A DNA stretch of 64,000 nucleotides from Eledone cirrhosa (GCA_964016885.1 OZ024748.1:57598001-57662000), one strand, 5' to 3'. Counted from the first letter of the stretch, positions 13,972 to 28,431 are shown. Notes: generated by a model from the sequence alone, not told the origin. Translations and numbers: made by a program.

Positions 13972-15714
13972 TTGCATTCTACCAGTTATTTCAGTTCCTT
14001 TCTGATAATATTTTTGTCCAGATGAATCACAATAGGTATCATTTTGCATGTGATTTTATTCCAATACCTTAGGACTACGTCTATCTGTTTTCCTAGGTTT
14101 CCTTGTCAGTCGTCATTAGTGTGTAAGTCGCATATCGTGGTGGCCAAATTGTTATCCTGGACCATGTTTATAATACATGTTTTTAATCATTTCTTGTCCA
14201 TTTTCTAAACGAAGTGTTAATAAATCTCTCAGCGTACGTAGCGGCTAACTAGACCGTATCTGAGTATATATATCCGACAAGGTGGAAACAAGAAACATGG
14301 AGATGATTTTGGGTGGTGACTGCATTTTTGTTAGGTTTTCATTCGCCCTTTGTAGCGGTAGCTCTGTACTCATTTTGCGATTTTGTTTTATATTTCTCAT
14401 ATCATATTCTCAGTTATAGGTGCGTCACTTTTTACAGTAACTTTGCTATATATATATATATATAATACTAAAACTCTGATTGCCTGCTTGTCTATGATGT
14501 AATACAACCAAAAGGACGCATAATGGGAAAATACTTTGAAAGGACTTAAAATGGAAATACAAATGGAATAAAACAAGTTTCGCGTAAATAGAAGCACAGG
14601 TTCCCGAGATATGGGGTTTTCTGGACACCTTCATAAACAGGAAGGATATAGAGAAAAAGATAGTGGTTGTGAGAGAGTAGATTGAAAAAGAGACATAGGC
14701 AGGGAAGACAGAAAAGGAGAATGGAAGAGAGAGAGAGCCGATAGTGTTGTTATGTATAAATATATGTGTGTGTATGACCAGTGTATAGAGATCACAGACA
14801 CCCATATATATATATATATATACACACATATATATATATACACACATATATATATATATGTGTATACACACACACATATTTATATATTTCCATACACACA
14901 CTTATATATATGGGCCTTCCAGGTTCATTTCACATTATATACACGTCTGTGTATAGCTTAATTATCTAAAAATAATTATATTTAAGTGAATATCATTTAA
15001 AAAATATATTTTGAATTGAAAGTGACCCAACGGGTCACGGGCGATCTAATATTTGTCTAATTCCCTACACATTTGTATGTCTTGACTAAATATATGAAAA
15101 ATCATTAGCAAAACCTTCAGGTAGATTTTATCCATTTAAAAAATTTCATGTCATCTCGATATAGAGACAATTTATAGTTTGTCTCTAGCACATGCACACC
15201 ATGATGGTTTTCATTTAGCTAGTCTGTTAATCTAGTCAATGTTTGACACCGGATTAGGTTTAATGTGTGTCCTCGAAAATCCCTTTTTGCGGGTATAGAG
15301 TTGTGTCTAATCATGTTATTTTCTATGTAGAGATACTGTCGTTTCTGTTGTGTCATCGCATGGCTGATGTATTATACCAGTGCTGTAATGGCGTTGTTAA
15401 GGACTTTTGAAATTATTATTAATGGCGTACATTGTAACTGTGAAGATTTCTATCTCTTTAACTGTCTGTAGAGTCTTAATGTCGTTAGACAGACGGCGCT
15501 CTGCTGAGTATAAATACAGTGCCCATGAGATAAATCTTTTATAGTGAAGCAATCTGTGCATGTAGGTCCGTTTGCTCAGGGTGCCCTCTCAGTTTTAATG
15601 GTATCAACTACAAACAACGATGAAAATAGGAATTATCTTAATGTTATATACTATTAACCACATTCATGAAATTCCGAAATTAAAATAAGTGTATTTATTA
15701 TTGATATTTTTGTG

Positions 15715-16180
15715 AGGGTGGTGGATTGGCAGTGTCGGTAGAGCATCAAATACCATGCTTTGAAGCATAGTTACGCCCCTTTACATTCTGAGTACAAATC
15801 TTGCCGAGGTTAACTTTGCGTTTTATCCTTACGGGGTCGATAAAATAAAGTACCAGTCACTCATTGGGGTCGATTCAAACGACTTTCCCCTGCCCCCAAT
15901 TTGCTGGACTTGTGGCTATATAAGAAACGATTATTATTATTATTATTGTTCGCGTGGTGGATTGGCAGTAATCGGTAGAGCATCGGATACCATGCTCTGC
16001 AGCATATAGTTATCCCCTTTACGCTCTGAGTTCAAATCCTGCCGAAGTTAGCTTTGCGTTTCATCCTTACGGGCTCGATAAATAAAGCTCTAGTAATGTA
16101 CTGGGGTTGACTTAATCGACTTTACCCTCATCTTCAAATTGCTGACCTTGTGCCTAAAGTAGAAACAATTATTAATATTA
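15715..16180 (+). mobile_element. Two tandem SINE family A copies (15715-15947 and 15952-16180)
   Basis: Each has head GGTGGATTGGCAG, B-box, core and (ATT)n tail; the second begins right after the tail of the first. Confidence 0.9.
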
Positions 16181-17339
16181 CTGTTGTTGTTGTTATATTT
16201 CTTTAGAATTATTATTTTTCTTTCGCGTTTTTCGATAAAAAAACCCAAAAGATTTCCAATGCGAATTTCATTATATTTGTTTAGTTCAACCGTATATAAA
16301 ATATAAAGAAAAAAATAGAAATTATAGTTTTAAATCAATAGTTATAAATCAATGTCATACGTACTTGGATGCAATCATACTATGCTAAGGTTAAAACGCC
16401 AACTAAAACAAATAAAAATCGTTATGGGACTTCTTTATCGAATACCAAAAGTATATTTTCTTTTACTATATATTTGGATAAAATACTATTTCCACGAGCT
16501 ACACTTAAATTATCAAAAGAAGTTGAATAATTTTGAACCTTAACCAGATAAGGAATTTTCTTGATTTATTATTGTAAGAAAGAAAAATAATGTTTAGTTA
16601 AAAGAATTATGAAAAGTAAGAAAAGGCTAGCTAGGAAATAAAATTTATATATGAATGTTTGAAACTATAATTCAATAGAAAAATGAGAAAAGCGATATAT
16701 CACTTTGCGCTGTAAAGCCTCATCGGAATGAAACCAATATATGTATAAGAAATATAATAAACTCGTAAATCTTCAGATTATTAATTGATTATTTGGTCTA
16801 AAAGGAATTGCTATAAACAATGTCTTTGGGGTTTCTTGCTTGAGAGGACATGCATATGTGTACATGTCTAGCTGTGTGTCTTCATGGTATGCCAGAATAT
16901 AATTATGTGAATGCCTGTATGTGAATACATTCCATACTATATAATTATCATCTTAGAAAAATCATTATTCATTTATATTATTTCATTAAACAAATATACT
17001 CCAAAACTATATCAGCTTACCTAATAAATAATTTCCTGTTCATCTAAAATATAGAATTTCATCCAGAAACATGTATGAAGTATATTTACATTAATTATAG
17101 AAAGCACATGGATATATCAACACACTCACAAGCACATACATATATGTAAACATATATACATACGAAATGTGTCTGTGTGTGAAAGCTCTTAGAGTAGTGG
17201 TATCAAGGTTGGTAAGTGAGTTCGTTTCCAAGAAGAGATAGTGCGTTTCCCCGTTATGTCAAGTTAATCAAGTCTACAAAACAGGAAACAATGAGTTTGC
17301 AAATGGAATCGGCCTTCGTCATTTTCTTGACCAATAACC

Positions 17340-17800
17340 AGAATGGCTCTTAAATGTGCTAACTTAGTCCATCTCATGTACCCTTGTCCCTCAAAGTGGG
17401 AACCTTTCCGTAGTATCCGCATTTTGGAGAACAATCAGTAACCAGATGGAGCCTTGTCTGGAAAGTAGGAAGTTTGCTGACTGAGTGAAATATCTTTGTT
17501 TGCAAAAAACATTTGATCAGATGCGACGAATAAGGTGGGGCCTTCTCATAATGCAGCTGTCAGTTTTGCTAGGCCAACTGATCTAGTCTTTTACGGGGAA
17601 TTGTATTAAAAATACGTCTGATAACCTTTTCAACAACATCGTTGTACCTGTTTGTCATTCTGGTGCGTATTCGGGATACAAAACACTTTCGTAGTTTAAT
17701 TATTCAGTCAGCATCATCTTGGTTTTGCTCCACATCTAAGATTCTTTTAGGGGCATTGACAACGTCGGACACTGGCAGAAGTCTGACAGCTGCTGGCGCA
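17340..17800 (-). pseudogene. Decayed mariner (Tc1/mariner) transposase fragment
   Basis: Minus-strand peptides WSKTKMMLTE*LNYESVLYPEYAPE*QT, RKRLDQLA*QN*QLHYEKAPPYSSHLIKCFL and SYFPDKAPSGY*LFSKM match the mariner motifs SKIKVMLTVFFD..GVVHHEYAPEGQT, LHHDNAPAH and YSPDLAP.D..LF. Confidence 0.8.
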
Positions 17801-19330
17801 TGTAGAGAGCTCCACCAAAAATCATGCGCTTCATCATATGCCGCTTGACTCTGCACACAATCAGTTCCCTAACGTCATCCTTTTGTCAAAGGAAAAATTA
17901 ATGTCAGATACATTTTCAACAGACCTTGTATATATTGTTAAGGTCACGTTTTTCAGGACCTGGTTCAGGAAATACGATGTAATAGACATAAATATAAAGA
18001 CATTTCTTTTTAATCTTCATCACTGAAATCAATTCCAATTACCTTACTTAACGGAGCATATGATCTTTATAACGATTGCTGCTGCTTCAGAGTAGAATTC
18101 ATTTCCTGCATTGAGCACCACGAACAATTTCCACGGGGATATAATAAATATTTTCTTCAAAATATTGCTGATATAACGGAAAGTTAGCGATGATAACAGT
18201 TTATTTTTTTAAAGCAATTCAACAACACGTAATCGAAAAATACTCAAAAACGCAGGGAAGAAGAATTATAGCTTGAAATAAAAATATTTATTGAAATACA
18301 TTATAATGAAAAAATAAAAACAACTGATATTAAAAATGGGAAATGATAAAAAGAAAAAAAAAGTACCATAGAAAAAATGAGAGCAGAAGAAATAAGAATA
18401 TAAATCTTAGGAATGGAATGAGGAAAATAAATGGTATTGAATGTTCGAAAATATAAAAAGAAATAATTCTAATAATAATTCTAATCGTTTTTATAACAAC
18501 GAAGACGACGCTAAACTAAAGAAAAGTTCTGACTCATTTTTTGTTTGTTAGTAATTGATCATCTAACACAGATGATATCGCAGAAAAACATTATGAAATA
18601 GAATGAAATAGGCTTAAATATTTTCACTTTAGTTTTTACAGCAATCTTCTTATCACAGTACGGCCTAACATATATATTAATGGCTAACTGTTTGATTGAA
18701 ATACATATGCAATACCGGTTATAATAAATATTTTCCGAAATCGTAACTCATGCATAACGAACTTAACACTAAAAAATAACCAGAACCTGTTATTGGCGTT
18801 ATTATTAAAAATTTGCATACTCTAAAAACTATAATGTGACACAAAATTATACGTTGTAATAGATACTAGTTTGTATTGAGATGTACACCTAACATTTTCT
18901 TGTTATGGATTTCTTTTTATTATTATCGGAGTTGACATCGTCGCAACGACATATCTTCGGCTTATATTTCATCCGTATTATTACCGTATCATCTGACCAA
19001 TACACCTATCATTAATGCAGAATACATTAATAACGGATTGCATATGTAATAAAACTTGTCCAAAAGTTTTGCCTTCTATATAATTATGCTTAATAATTAT
19101 ACAAATATATAATGCAACAGTTTACGATATACTATTATTACGCAAATATTACAATGATACAACTTTGTAGGTTTGGTACAAGTGTGTGAATTTAAACACT
19201 GTTATCTAACATGTACATTTTCTTGTCGATGTTTGTTGTTGATTTGTCTACGATAGTTTTCGAATAATTTTTACCATATTTTTCTTTAAAGTTCTTTTGC
19301 TTAGATTCTCATAAAATCTAATCCACATTG

Positions 19331-19590
19331 AGGCTGAAATTTGGCAGAGTCGTTAGACGGTCAGATTATCGGCCCCGTTCATTGTCCCTTGCACTCTCAG
19401 TTCAAATCACGCCGAGATTCGCCTTCATGCTTTCTTGTTAAATAATGTAGCAGTGCAGTACTAGAGTCGATCCCTCCTCTATCACTGCTTAGCATTTTCT
19501 CTTGCTCTCTCCCTTCGGATCCGGATAGTAATGGGTTAGGCCAGGTTTAAAATCCTCAAACATGCTATGTGTTATGAAGTTGCACCTAGT
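19331..19590 (+). mobile_element. SINE family A head and core with an alternative tail (degenerate)
   Basis: TTGGCAGAGTCGTTAGACGG...GTTCAAATCACGCCGAG; tail resembles 6190-6330. Confidence 0.65.
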
Positions 19591-21100
19591 AATACATAGT
19601 GATAGGGGCCTTTTCTAGTCCAATTGATTTAAAATTCCCATGGGTACCACACACCTTTGACTCCATCATGTTTGCGCGTCTATATATATACAATATTGAT
19701 AAACACCTCTCCAATTTACTTGAGGCCTGTGGTATATTTGCCGTCTTTGTTATTTCCAGCGAGGTCGCCAAACAATGAAGTAAGAATAACCACTCATATT
19801 ACGCAATTCCTTCCTTAAATTGACTCCAGCTTTGAATTGCATCTATAAAGATGAAATCTTTGATAGAATAAACCTCACACTTAATAAATTCTGCTGAATG
19901 CTACAAGTAATCAATAGAAATACATAGCAAAACTCTCAAGAAAATCGATTCATCGAATTCTATACATCTACATTTATATGCGAGTATATAAATAAAGAAA
20001 ATGTTAGAATATAACCGGGGGAAATCAGCTCAAACTCTCATGGTAATTACCTACACAGTTTATAAAATACACACAGAATTGGTTAGCATGCATCCTCACT
20101 GAAGTTGTATTTGTGGTAATACAAACATGTATATAAAGAATTAAGAGAAATGAATTGCATCTTTAACTAACAATCATTATTTGAAACATCATAATATAAA
20201 ATATTTACACTTGAGGTTTCTTCCATAGAAATGTAAACTGCTCTGTTTAAAAACACTTAATCATATAAAGAAACAAGTTCGTGTCGTTTATGTCGATGTA
20301 AGAAATAGTTATATTCCATTAGTGAAAGTTTCATGTGTTTATCTTATTTTCCCCGGCAAGAGTTCACCATCTTTTTCAACAGATCATGACGTTCAGCATA
20401 CAACGTGGATTTTTCCTGATAACAAAATCTTTGCGCATTTATTTCCTACATACTTCTCTGATTGCCATCAATCCTTCGTTTTAGATAATATAATTTTGTT
20501 CTCAGTAGATATCATTTGTTTCTAAAGTAAATCCACATTGTCCAAATCCACAGTGACGTTATTACACTACGACCATGTGCACGTATATGCAATACATATA
20601 TCTTATACAATTCGATGCATTAACATTACTCACATTAAGAATATCTTGTCAACAGCCCAAACCATTAAACTCCAAATAACAAAGGAATAAAAAGGAAGCA
20701 ATTGTAGTTATACTCCCTTGCATACTTGCGGCTCATAATTTATACGTAGCGCCTGGGGCCAAAGTAATTTAATATTCCAGAAAATTTTAGTAAAAACAGG
20801 AAACGATAGAGATAAACTAAGATGCACGTGGTAATATATTTACATTAAAATATAATCTTAAAAACCAAAAATAGAACCTGGAAAATAAGTGATTATATAT
20901 ACTTATATACTTATGAACTCCATAGATAGAATGATTTTTCATCTGCTCAAAGTTCGAAATCTATTGATCTATCCCGACATTTTGGTTTCAGGGTTTGGCT
21001 ATATCGATACAGATCGAACCATGAGTTGATCAATAGCAAAACGCATGTCAATAACCGAAATGAAGACATAACAAATCGTCCTTATTATATATATTTATAA

Positions 21101-21134
<34 letters not shown>

Positions 21135-21470
21135 CAACATATTATTTTTCTATTTATCGTTTGAAACAGGGGCTCAAAAAGACATGCATATTGAATGGAC
21201 TGCAAATAACACGTAGATATGACCAGTGTTCATTCTACTTTTCTTTATTTCCTTCTCCCTGCAACCCCTTATATATTTCTTAAAAACAGAAAAATCTTCC
21301 AACCCTTAACATACACTGATCCAGTATAATGTTTAGGTAAAATCCAGAATGGAGATGAAATCCCAAATGTGAGATGGTTCTGCTGCTACACCCATATGTC
21401 GTAGACCATTTCGGGAGAAGTTTCACTCATCAGACATGTAACAGTCCCTGGCTTACATTTTAACCGCTAC

Positions 21471-21660
21471 TAATAATTGTTTCTACTTTTGGCACAAGGC
21501 CAGCAATTACCCAGTGTTTTACTGGTACTTTATTTTATCGACCCCGTAAGGATGAAAGGCAAAGTTAACCTCGGCGGGATTTGAACTCAGATTGGAAAGG
21601 GCCGTAACTCTATGCGTCAAAGCATGGTGTCCGACCCTCTACAGATACTACCAATCCACT
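21471..21660 (-). mobile_element. SINE family A, near full length
   Basis: Reverse complement of head, core and tail. Confidence 0.92.
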
Positions 21661-22120
21661 AATAATGCCAGTTTATCATCAGAGCTCCCTGGCCTCACAA
21701 TACGTTCACTCAGAAACTATTGCCTCATGTTTCTCAACACTCGTATTGCATTCGACTCAACAGACCCTGCAATAGTTACTACAAACAATATGTGTAGCAC
21801 AATAAAGCGAGTCAGTGGAACGGAGTGTCAAAGTTGTTGTGAGAGATAATAGATATATTAGATTTAAGCATACATGAGGATAGACGGCAAGATTTAGGAG
21901 AACTTTTGAGGTTAATGTTATGTATCACTATTATTGATCAGTCTGCGCACCAATAATTATTTTGTGCCCTGAAACAATTGTAAAACAACGTATTAATTAA
22001 TTAGTACATCTCATCTTATTTTATGTTTTTCTACAATATTATATATCTGACTGTAGTTTTTAATGCTCAACAGAGCAAGCAAAATGGATATCAGCTCTGC
22101 CTTAATTATATATATATATA

Positions 22121-22442
22121 AAATGATTCCAGTCCCCCAGAGAAAGAACAACACTACCAGGAGCTGGACATATCGATGGATTGACGGAGTAAAAAACACC
22201 TCAACAACATGTGTACATGTCTTTCCCACACCGATTCGGACTGCCTGAAGAGGTCACAGCCAATGATGGCTGTCACCGAAATATATATAGCAGTATATCT
22301 ATAATTTGTAATAAACGAAGCCAAATTTTACATATTAGACTTAATTATTTTACATTAATCTGGAGTAAACAAACCAACCTGAGTACTTCGTCGAGTGGTC
22401 CAATCTGCATACTGAAGTGTCGGTAAACAACCAACATATACT

Positions 22443-22445
<3 letters not shown>
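22121..22445 (+). mobile_element. HHR-bearing PLE-like insert between (TA)n tracts, family Q (copy 1)
   Basis: Contains HHR 22240-22294 followed by AATAAA; 3' tail aligns with the reverse complement of 47095-47160. Confidence 0.75.
22240..22294 (+). ncRNA. Minimal type I hammerhead ribozyme
   Basis: ACUGC-CUGAAGA-GGUcACAGCCAaugaUGGCUGUcACC-GAA-AUauauAU-A-GCAGU; 5-bp stem I, 10-bp stem II, 2-bp stem III with a palindromic AUAU loop. Confidence 0.88.
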
Positions 22446-22493
<48 letters not shown>

Positions 22494-22649
22494 GCAAAGG
22501 GTGTTTTATAGAAATAGTTAGAAGGATTATAACTGTTGTTAGATGTAAGAATAAGTAATTTTTCTCCATATATATAGGTTTACTTCACTTCAATCAAAAA
22601 GTTCAATAAAACAAGTTACCACGAGTTGCAGAGGTTGACAATGTTATGA

Positions 22650-22803
22650 CCCAATGCATTACTGGTACTTTATTCTATCGAACCCGGAAGGATGAAAGGC
22701 GAAGTTAACCTCGGCGGGATTTGAACTCAGATCATACAGGGAGGTAACTCTATGCTTCAAAGAATGGCATCCGATCCTCTACCGATACTGCCAATCCACC
22801 GCC
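22650..22803 (-). mobile_element. SINE family A (tail missing)
   Basis: Reverse complement of head and core. Confidence 0.9.
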
Positions 22804-22809
22804 AGTGTC

Positions 22810-22959
22810 GTCATTGAAATATATATCACAGCATTATTATTAAAGGACTTGAACATCTGAAACTACTTCGCTTTTACTTATTCGATATTTACTCCGTCAC
22901 TCCTATGTGGAAAAAGTACGTTGAGTGCTTGAATTGAATTGCATCAATGTTTACCCTAA

Positions 22960-22960
<1 letters not shown>
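22810..22960 (+). mobile_element. PLE-like 3' fragment (3' half of HHR plus tail) ending in (TA)n
   Basis: GAAATATATATC at 22816; tail TACTC/CACTC...GAGTGCT at 22890-22929. Confidence 0.5.
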
Positions 22961-22995
<35 letters not shown>

Positions 22996-23054
22996 TTCCA
23001 AAGAGATTGTCTTGGTAAAAACAGGAGCAAGCTGGAGAAAGCTCTCAAAATTCG

Positions 23055-23100
<46 letters not shown>

Positions 23101-23103
<3 letters not shown>

Positions 23104-23522
23104 AGATTTGAATGGATACAGTTTAGTTGAAAGGAATTTATTGACACGTGTTTCTATAACAGTTACATAACCTAAAACAGCTGCTATCTACAAACTTTTA
23201 GTTATGCAGACATTCAATATTTCAATGTTATTATTTACTGTCATTTCATCAGAATAATATTACTGAGGACCTATTTAGTTTTTATAGAGAATATTAGGAG
23301 GGAGGGGTGAAGTTGTTAGAAGAATAGTTGAAGGAGTGGTTTTTCGATAGCAGTGAGAATTCTTGGTGGCAGTGAGTAATTAGATTCCCATCTGTTGTTT
23401 TGACATTTTTTATAGAATATATTATTGGTTATTTTTCTAAATCTATAGAAGGATTAGAGATAGTAAAGATATGCGTGGTTGGTTTTGTGTTTGCACTTAA
23501 CATTCAGACTTAAATTTTTCTT
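23101..23522 (-). mobile_element. Penelope-like element 3' end (ORF terminus, UTR, HHR) abutting (TA)n
   Basis: Minus strand: ...LNVKCKHKTNHAYLYYL* (23454-23522), CCAAT, TATAAAA, HHR, AATAAA, then (TA)n. Confidence 0.65.
23138..23257 (-). ncRNA. Type I hammerhead ribozyme with an extended (91-nt) stem II
   Basis: UUAUU-CUGAUGA-aAUGACAGU...ACUGUUAUa-GAA-ACacguGU-C-AAUAA; GUC triplet, palindromic ACGU loop III. Confidence 0.75.
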
Positions 23523-23799
23523 TCAAGTGTACGTATCCTTTCACCCACGCATTCACACACAAATATATTTGCACACCTCTACAAAATACATATACTCACA
23601 ATTCACATATTCATACTTACATATATATATACACATGCATACACATATATATACACACATGTATTCATGTACATACATACGCGCTCATGTGTATACATTT
23701 TCATACTCAACTTATCTTTATATACACACGTATAGACATACACATATATAAATACATACTCTAGTCCATGTGTACACACATACACATACATACACATCT

Positions 23800-24275
<476 letters not shown>

Positions 24276-24545
24276 AAGCACTTTAATACATGAATACACT
24301 TACATCTAACTATACACATCAAACATATATATATATTTACTTATTTATATACATTTTCACATATATATACATACTTATGGACGTTTTTAGACACATTCAT
24401 TATCGCATATTTGCACCTATTCTCATCAGCATATCTTTCCATTATTAGTGTGGTAATTTAAGGTTATTAATATATGTTGAGAAGAGATTGTTTTTATATT
24501 TTTCTAACTAGATTAAGGTTTATATAGTTGGGGGATGTCCCTCTT

Positions 24546-24641
24546 TTATGTAATATTCGGCTTGTAGTGGGAAAAAAGGGTTTTAGTTCTGTGACGGCAG
24601 AATAATGTTCGTTCAATTCTGTTATTCAGCAGTTTCTTCTT
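24546..24641 (-). pseudogene. C-terminal remnant of a Penelope-like (GIY-YIG) ORF
   Basis: KKKLLNNRIERTLFCRHRTKTLFSHYKPNIT* resembles the LLNxRxE..xCRHxxKxL terminus of invertebrate PLE ORFs; truncated at a (TA)n tract. Confidence 0.6.
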
Positions 24642-24653
24642 GTATATATATAT

Positions 24654-24786
24654 ATAATATAAGATCAAAAGATGTGTCACATCTGTTGATCTTATATTAT
24701 TTATACTCCAGTCGTACAAACTCTAGATTGCTACTTATCCGATATTTGCATTGCTTTATTGTGCTACAATAAAACTCACCTCCTAC
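24654..24786 (+). mobile_element. Fold-back PLE-like element, family R (short copy), in (TA)n
   Basis: 23-bp arms at 24654-24676 and 24678-24700 (1 mismatch); tail closely matches 39938-40026. Confidence 0.8.
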
Positions 24787-24850
<64 letters not shown>

Positions 24851-25518
24851 GAAATACCGAGATAAATCTTGTACTAACAAAGGCTTAACCAATTATTTAT
24901 TCCATATACCGTAATGATTGGCGGCACCAGTACACAAGTGACATGATAATTATCGATAGAAACACGACGAGGCTGATGCATTAAACATCAATTACTAACT
25001 GATGTTGGATCTTCAACTGAAAACTTGGCTTAGGCTATAATTAAAATTTATACTTGAAATTCTAGCCATGTTAATGATTCAGATCAGCAAATTCGAGGAA
25101 GACTGCAATTTATCGTTATTTGAAAAAAAAATCACAACTTTTGGGAAACCAACATTAATGCATATATTCTGTTAGTAATTACATGCATTAGCGCCGATGA
25201 AAGCACATGTCTTTTACAATTTATAATACCCATACTAGGATTGTAGCTCGTCACAAATGGAATTTTAAATGATTTATAACTACGAAACGAATACTTTGAA
25301 GAGGTAAAAGTTGTGTTTTCTAAACTGTTTCGAAATGGTTTGATCTCTATTCGTTATCGGGTATTTTATTTGCTGCTACTCAGTTGCATGTATCCTCCAA
25401 AATGATGTCTTTAGTTTCACCTGTTGAAATCTTCGCAGATTAAAAATCATATCAGATCTAGGCGTTTAGTTTAAATATTTTAGGAGCTTTACGTTATGGC
25501 ATAGGCTCACACATTACT

Positions 25519-26351
25519 GCCATAGTGTGGCAGAAAATAACAGGACTTAGTGTGCTGTGTGAACTATGAGTAGGTTAGGGGTGAGAAGGTTGCGTCACCG
25601 TGTGACGTAGTTCTTGGGAAGTATGTAACTACGATCACAGCCATTATGTTTTTACACGTGATTTTGTTAAGAATTTCCCAATTTTAAGCCGCCGAGCAAT
25701 GGACACAGGGCAACAAATCAGCCCGAAGTTTCTGCTCCGGCTGGGCAAATATCTGACAGAAATATTCGAAATACTGCACCAAGTTTACGGAGATGATACA
25801 TGTCACTCTCACGGGTTTTCGAGTGACAAAGACGTTTAAAATAGGAACGGATGGCCTTCAACGAGCAGAAATGAGTTCAACGTTGGTGCCTGGAGATCGT
25901 CGGATGACTGTTCGAGCGATCGCAACTCAGCTGGGCAGGAAAAGGCCAGAGTTGTATTAGGACAACTTCTGACTGCATCACCACGAAAATACACCGGCTC
26001 AAAACGCACTGAGCATCCGACAGTTCCTGACCGAAGAGAACGTTGCAGTGCTGGAATAACGTCCCTACACACGCGACCTGGCTCTGACTTATGTTTACTT
26101 TTCGCCAAGATCAAGAGAGTCACCAAGGGGGACCCTTTTTCCGGACATGTATTACATCAAGAGGGCCATGACATCGGAGCTGCAGAGAATCCCGGGAAAG
26201 AATTTCAGGGAGTACATGCAGGCATGGTGAAGAAGTATGGGAGAATGCGTTAGATTCGAAGTGAGTTATTTCGAAGATGAACAATTGTATTTTGGATTTG
26301 AGATTTTTTTTTTGCGACCCCAGTCCTGTTTCTCCTCTGACACACCTCGTA
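25519..26351 (+). mobile_element. Internally deleted mariner transposon
   Basis: From ATG 25699: MDTGQQISPKFLLRLGKYLTEIFEILHQVYGDD (mariner N-terminal HTH). C-terminus: PYTRDLA...IKRAMTSELQRIPGKNFREYMQAW*RSMGECVRFEVSYFE. 3' TIR CAGTCCTGTTTCTCCTCTGACACACCTCGTA matches the decayed 5' TIR GTGTGGCAGAAAATAACAGGACT. Confidence 0.88.
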
Positions 26352-28024
26352 AAATAACTACCATACTGAAATTATATTTTAAATTAATCAATTTAGCTCG
26401 AAGAGGCTAAAGTCAAAATCAAATCTAATCTTATAAATTTGATTCTAAGCCCTATTTCGTCGGTGTATGTTACTGTTCCACAGTATCTACTAACTTTATA
26501 CTATATTTGTGTATGTTTTCAGTTCTTAGAATATACTAACTATGCAGTTCTTGATTACTTGGACTGCTGTGTATTACATTTTCATTGTGCATGTTTCTAA
26601 ACCTTACAGATAATTCTGGAATACTTTTTATATTCCCTAACATAAGAAGCCAAACATATATATGTTTTCATCTCCATCTTTTGAGTACTCTCAGTGTGGT
26701 ATTTGATGTTAGCTATGTTCTGTTAGTTATATACAAGAAATTTGTCGATAAAAATAATTTGTGATAGAGGAAATATGATTCACATCACTACAAGTATGTG
26801 GTGATATGCAACAAAAACAACACATTTCCTGCCTTCTAAAATGTCATGAATAACAACATATTTGTGTGATTACATCAATAGAAAGTCACCAAACACAATA
26901 TATTTAAACAATTTAATATTTTTTTATATTTATCCAAAACAATATTAACAGATTAGCACGTACTAACTTGAATAGATGATCTAAACGATCTCAGACAATT
27001 CAAATGCATGAAAGTTTTGACAGTCGTTAGAGTAGAATCACAAACATGAAGGAAAAAAAAAAGAGAAATAAAGACTGTTTTCTCTATTATTTGATGCCCA
27101 TTGTTTCTTTGTCATGATTTTAGAATTCACTTGAGAATTATTCTAACTTGTGATGAAAGTAAAATGAAAAAAGACAAAAAAGAAATAGAATCTATATGAT
27201 GTAAAATATTAACTTACGAGGAATTTGTTTTAATTTTAAATTTATTTTTCAGAACATTGAAATATCGTAAGATTTTACAATTAATGAATGATTGAATTTA
27301 ATGCCATTTTTTAAACTAACAGAATAGTGGAATTAGAGGAGGAATTTTGACATTATCGTGAATTTAACGTATTCTACTTATTGCAAGTGGCTCTTAATTT
27401 CATCATGTTCTCTCACTCTCTTTAAATTCCTATGCGTATTTCTTTATCTAATTACTACTAGATAAAGTTAATCAGTAAAATTGAATTATTCATTTATCCA
27501 TTTATTAATTTACTTATAGTTATAAAATTACTCATTTATTCATATTGACTTGTGATGGAATCAGCATGACCGAATGGATAAGTTGTTGGCTTCGCAATCA
27601 TTAGATCTGATGTTCAATTCAACTGCCTGGGGTTCTGGTGAAGTGGTAGTTATTACGTTCATAGATTGATTTATAACTTGTGAGAAAACGTTTGTAAGTT
27701 CCTCGAATGGGCTGTACCTGTAATTTAAAGGATAGATCGTGTTACACATTTTATCATAATGCATTTCTCTGATAAGTACACTATTTTTACACATGTTTGT
27801 GAAACCACTTACATGTTAATCTCATGAATAATGGCTGTTCTGTTGATTAACCAACTAGAGTAATTATCCTCAAATCAACGAGAGTTTCATTACATTACAA
27901 TCACTGTTGACGGCTACTAAATTTCTAGGGCTAATGGATCCTATTAGATATAAGATTCAGTACAATGAGCACAGATATAATCTCATGAAGGAGTTAGAAA
28001 TGTTAGTGTCGTAGTGGCTTCCAA

Positions 28025-28215
28025 AAGAAGATTGACAGAATCGTTAGTGTCAGTTTTGTGATAATTAGTTACGTTCTTTCCGTTCAGAGTTCCAATTTAT
28101 TAAAAGTAAGATTTACCTATCACACTCCTGGAGTGGATAAAATAAAGTTCCATTACATTACTAGGGTTAATATAATCTATTTCTATCCCGCATCCAAATG
28201 CTGTCATTTCACCTA
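28025..28215 (+). mobile_element. SINE family A, highly degenerate
   Basis: GATTGACAGAATCGTTAG...GAGTTCCAAT...GGATAAAATAAAGTTCC. Confidence 0.5.
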
Positions 28216-28431
28216 AATTAGAAACCACTATTAAGAGTATTAGTGTAGTAGATTTAAATTAAAAGTACACGTTCACGGAGTAACACTACATTTAGTGCCG
28301 TTACGTTCAAACCTCTGGCTGTACACCCAACTGTAACACCTAGTGTTTTCTTTCGAACGGAAGAAAGCCGGCTTGTTGATCAATGATGTGAAGAAAGATA
28401 GCTTTTATAGGCAGCTGGTTTGTTTTAGTGC

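Noticed and set aside
13500-14200. Possible very old LINE RT remnant on the minus strand
   Set aside because: Only faint resemblance to GSVLGP.LF and .LEKLL motifs with many disruptions; needs BLASTX.
14466-14640. Possible further decayed HHR element (CGAAACTTGT on the minus strand) next to (TA)n
   Set aside because: No recognisable CUGANGA core or stem I.
15200-15600. Possible degenerate RTE fragment on the minus strand (LYSAERRL...)
   Set aside because: Too decayed to support by eye.
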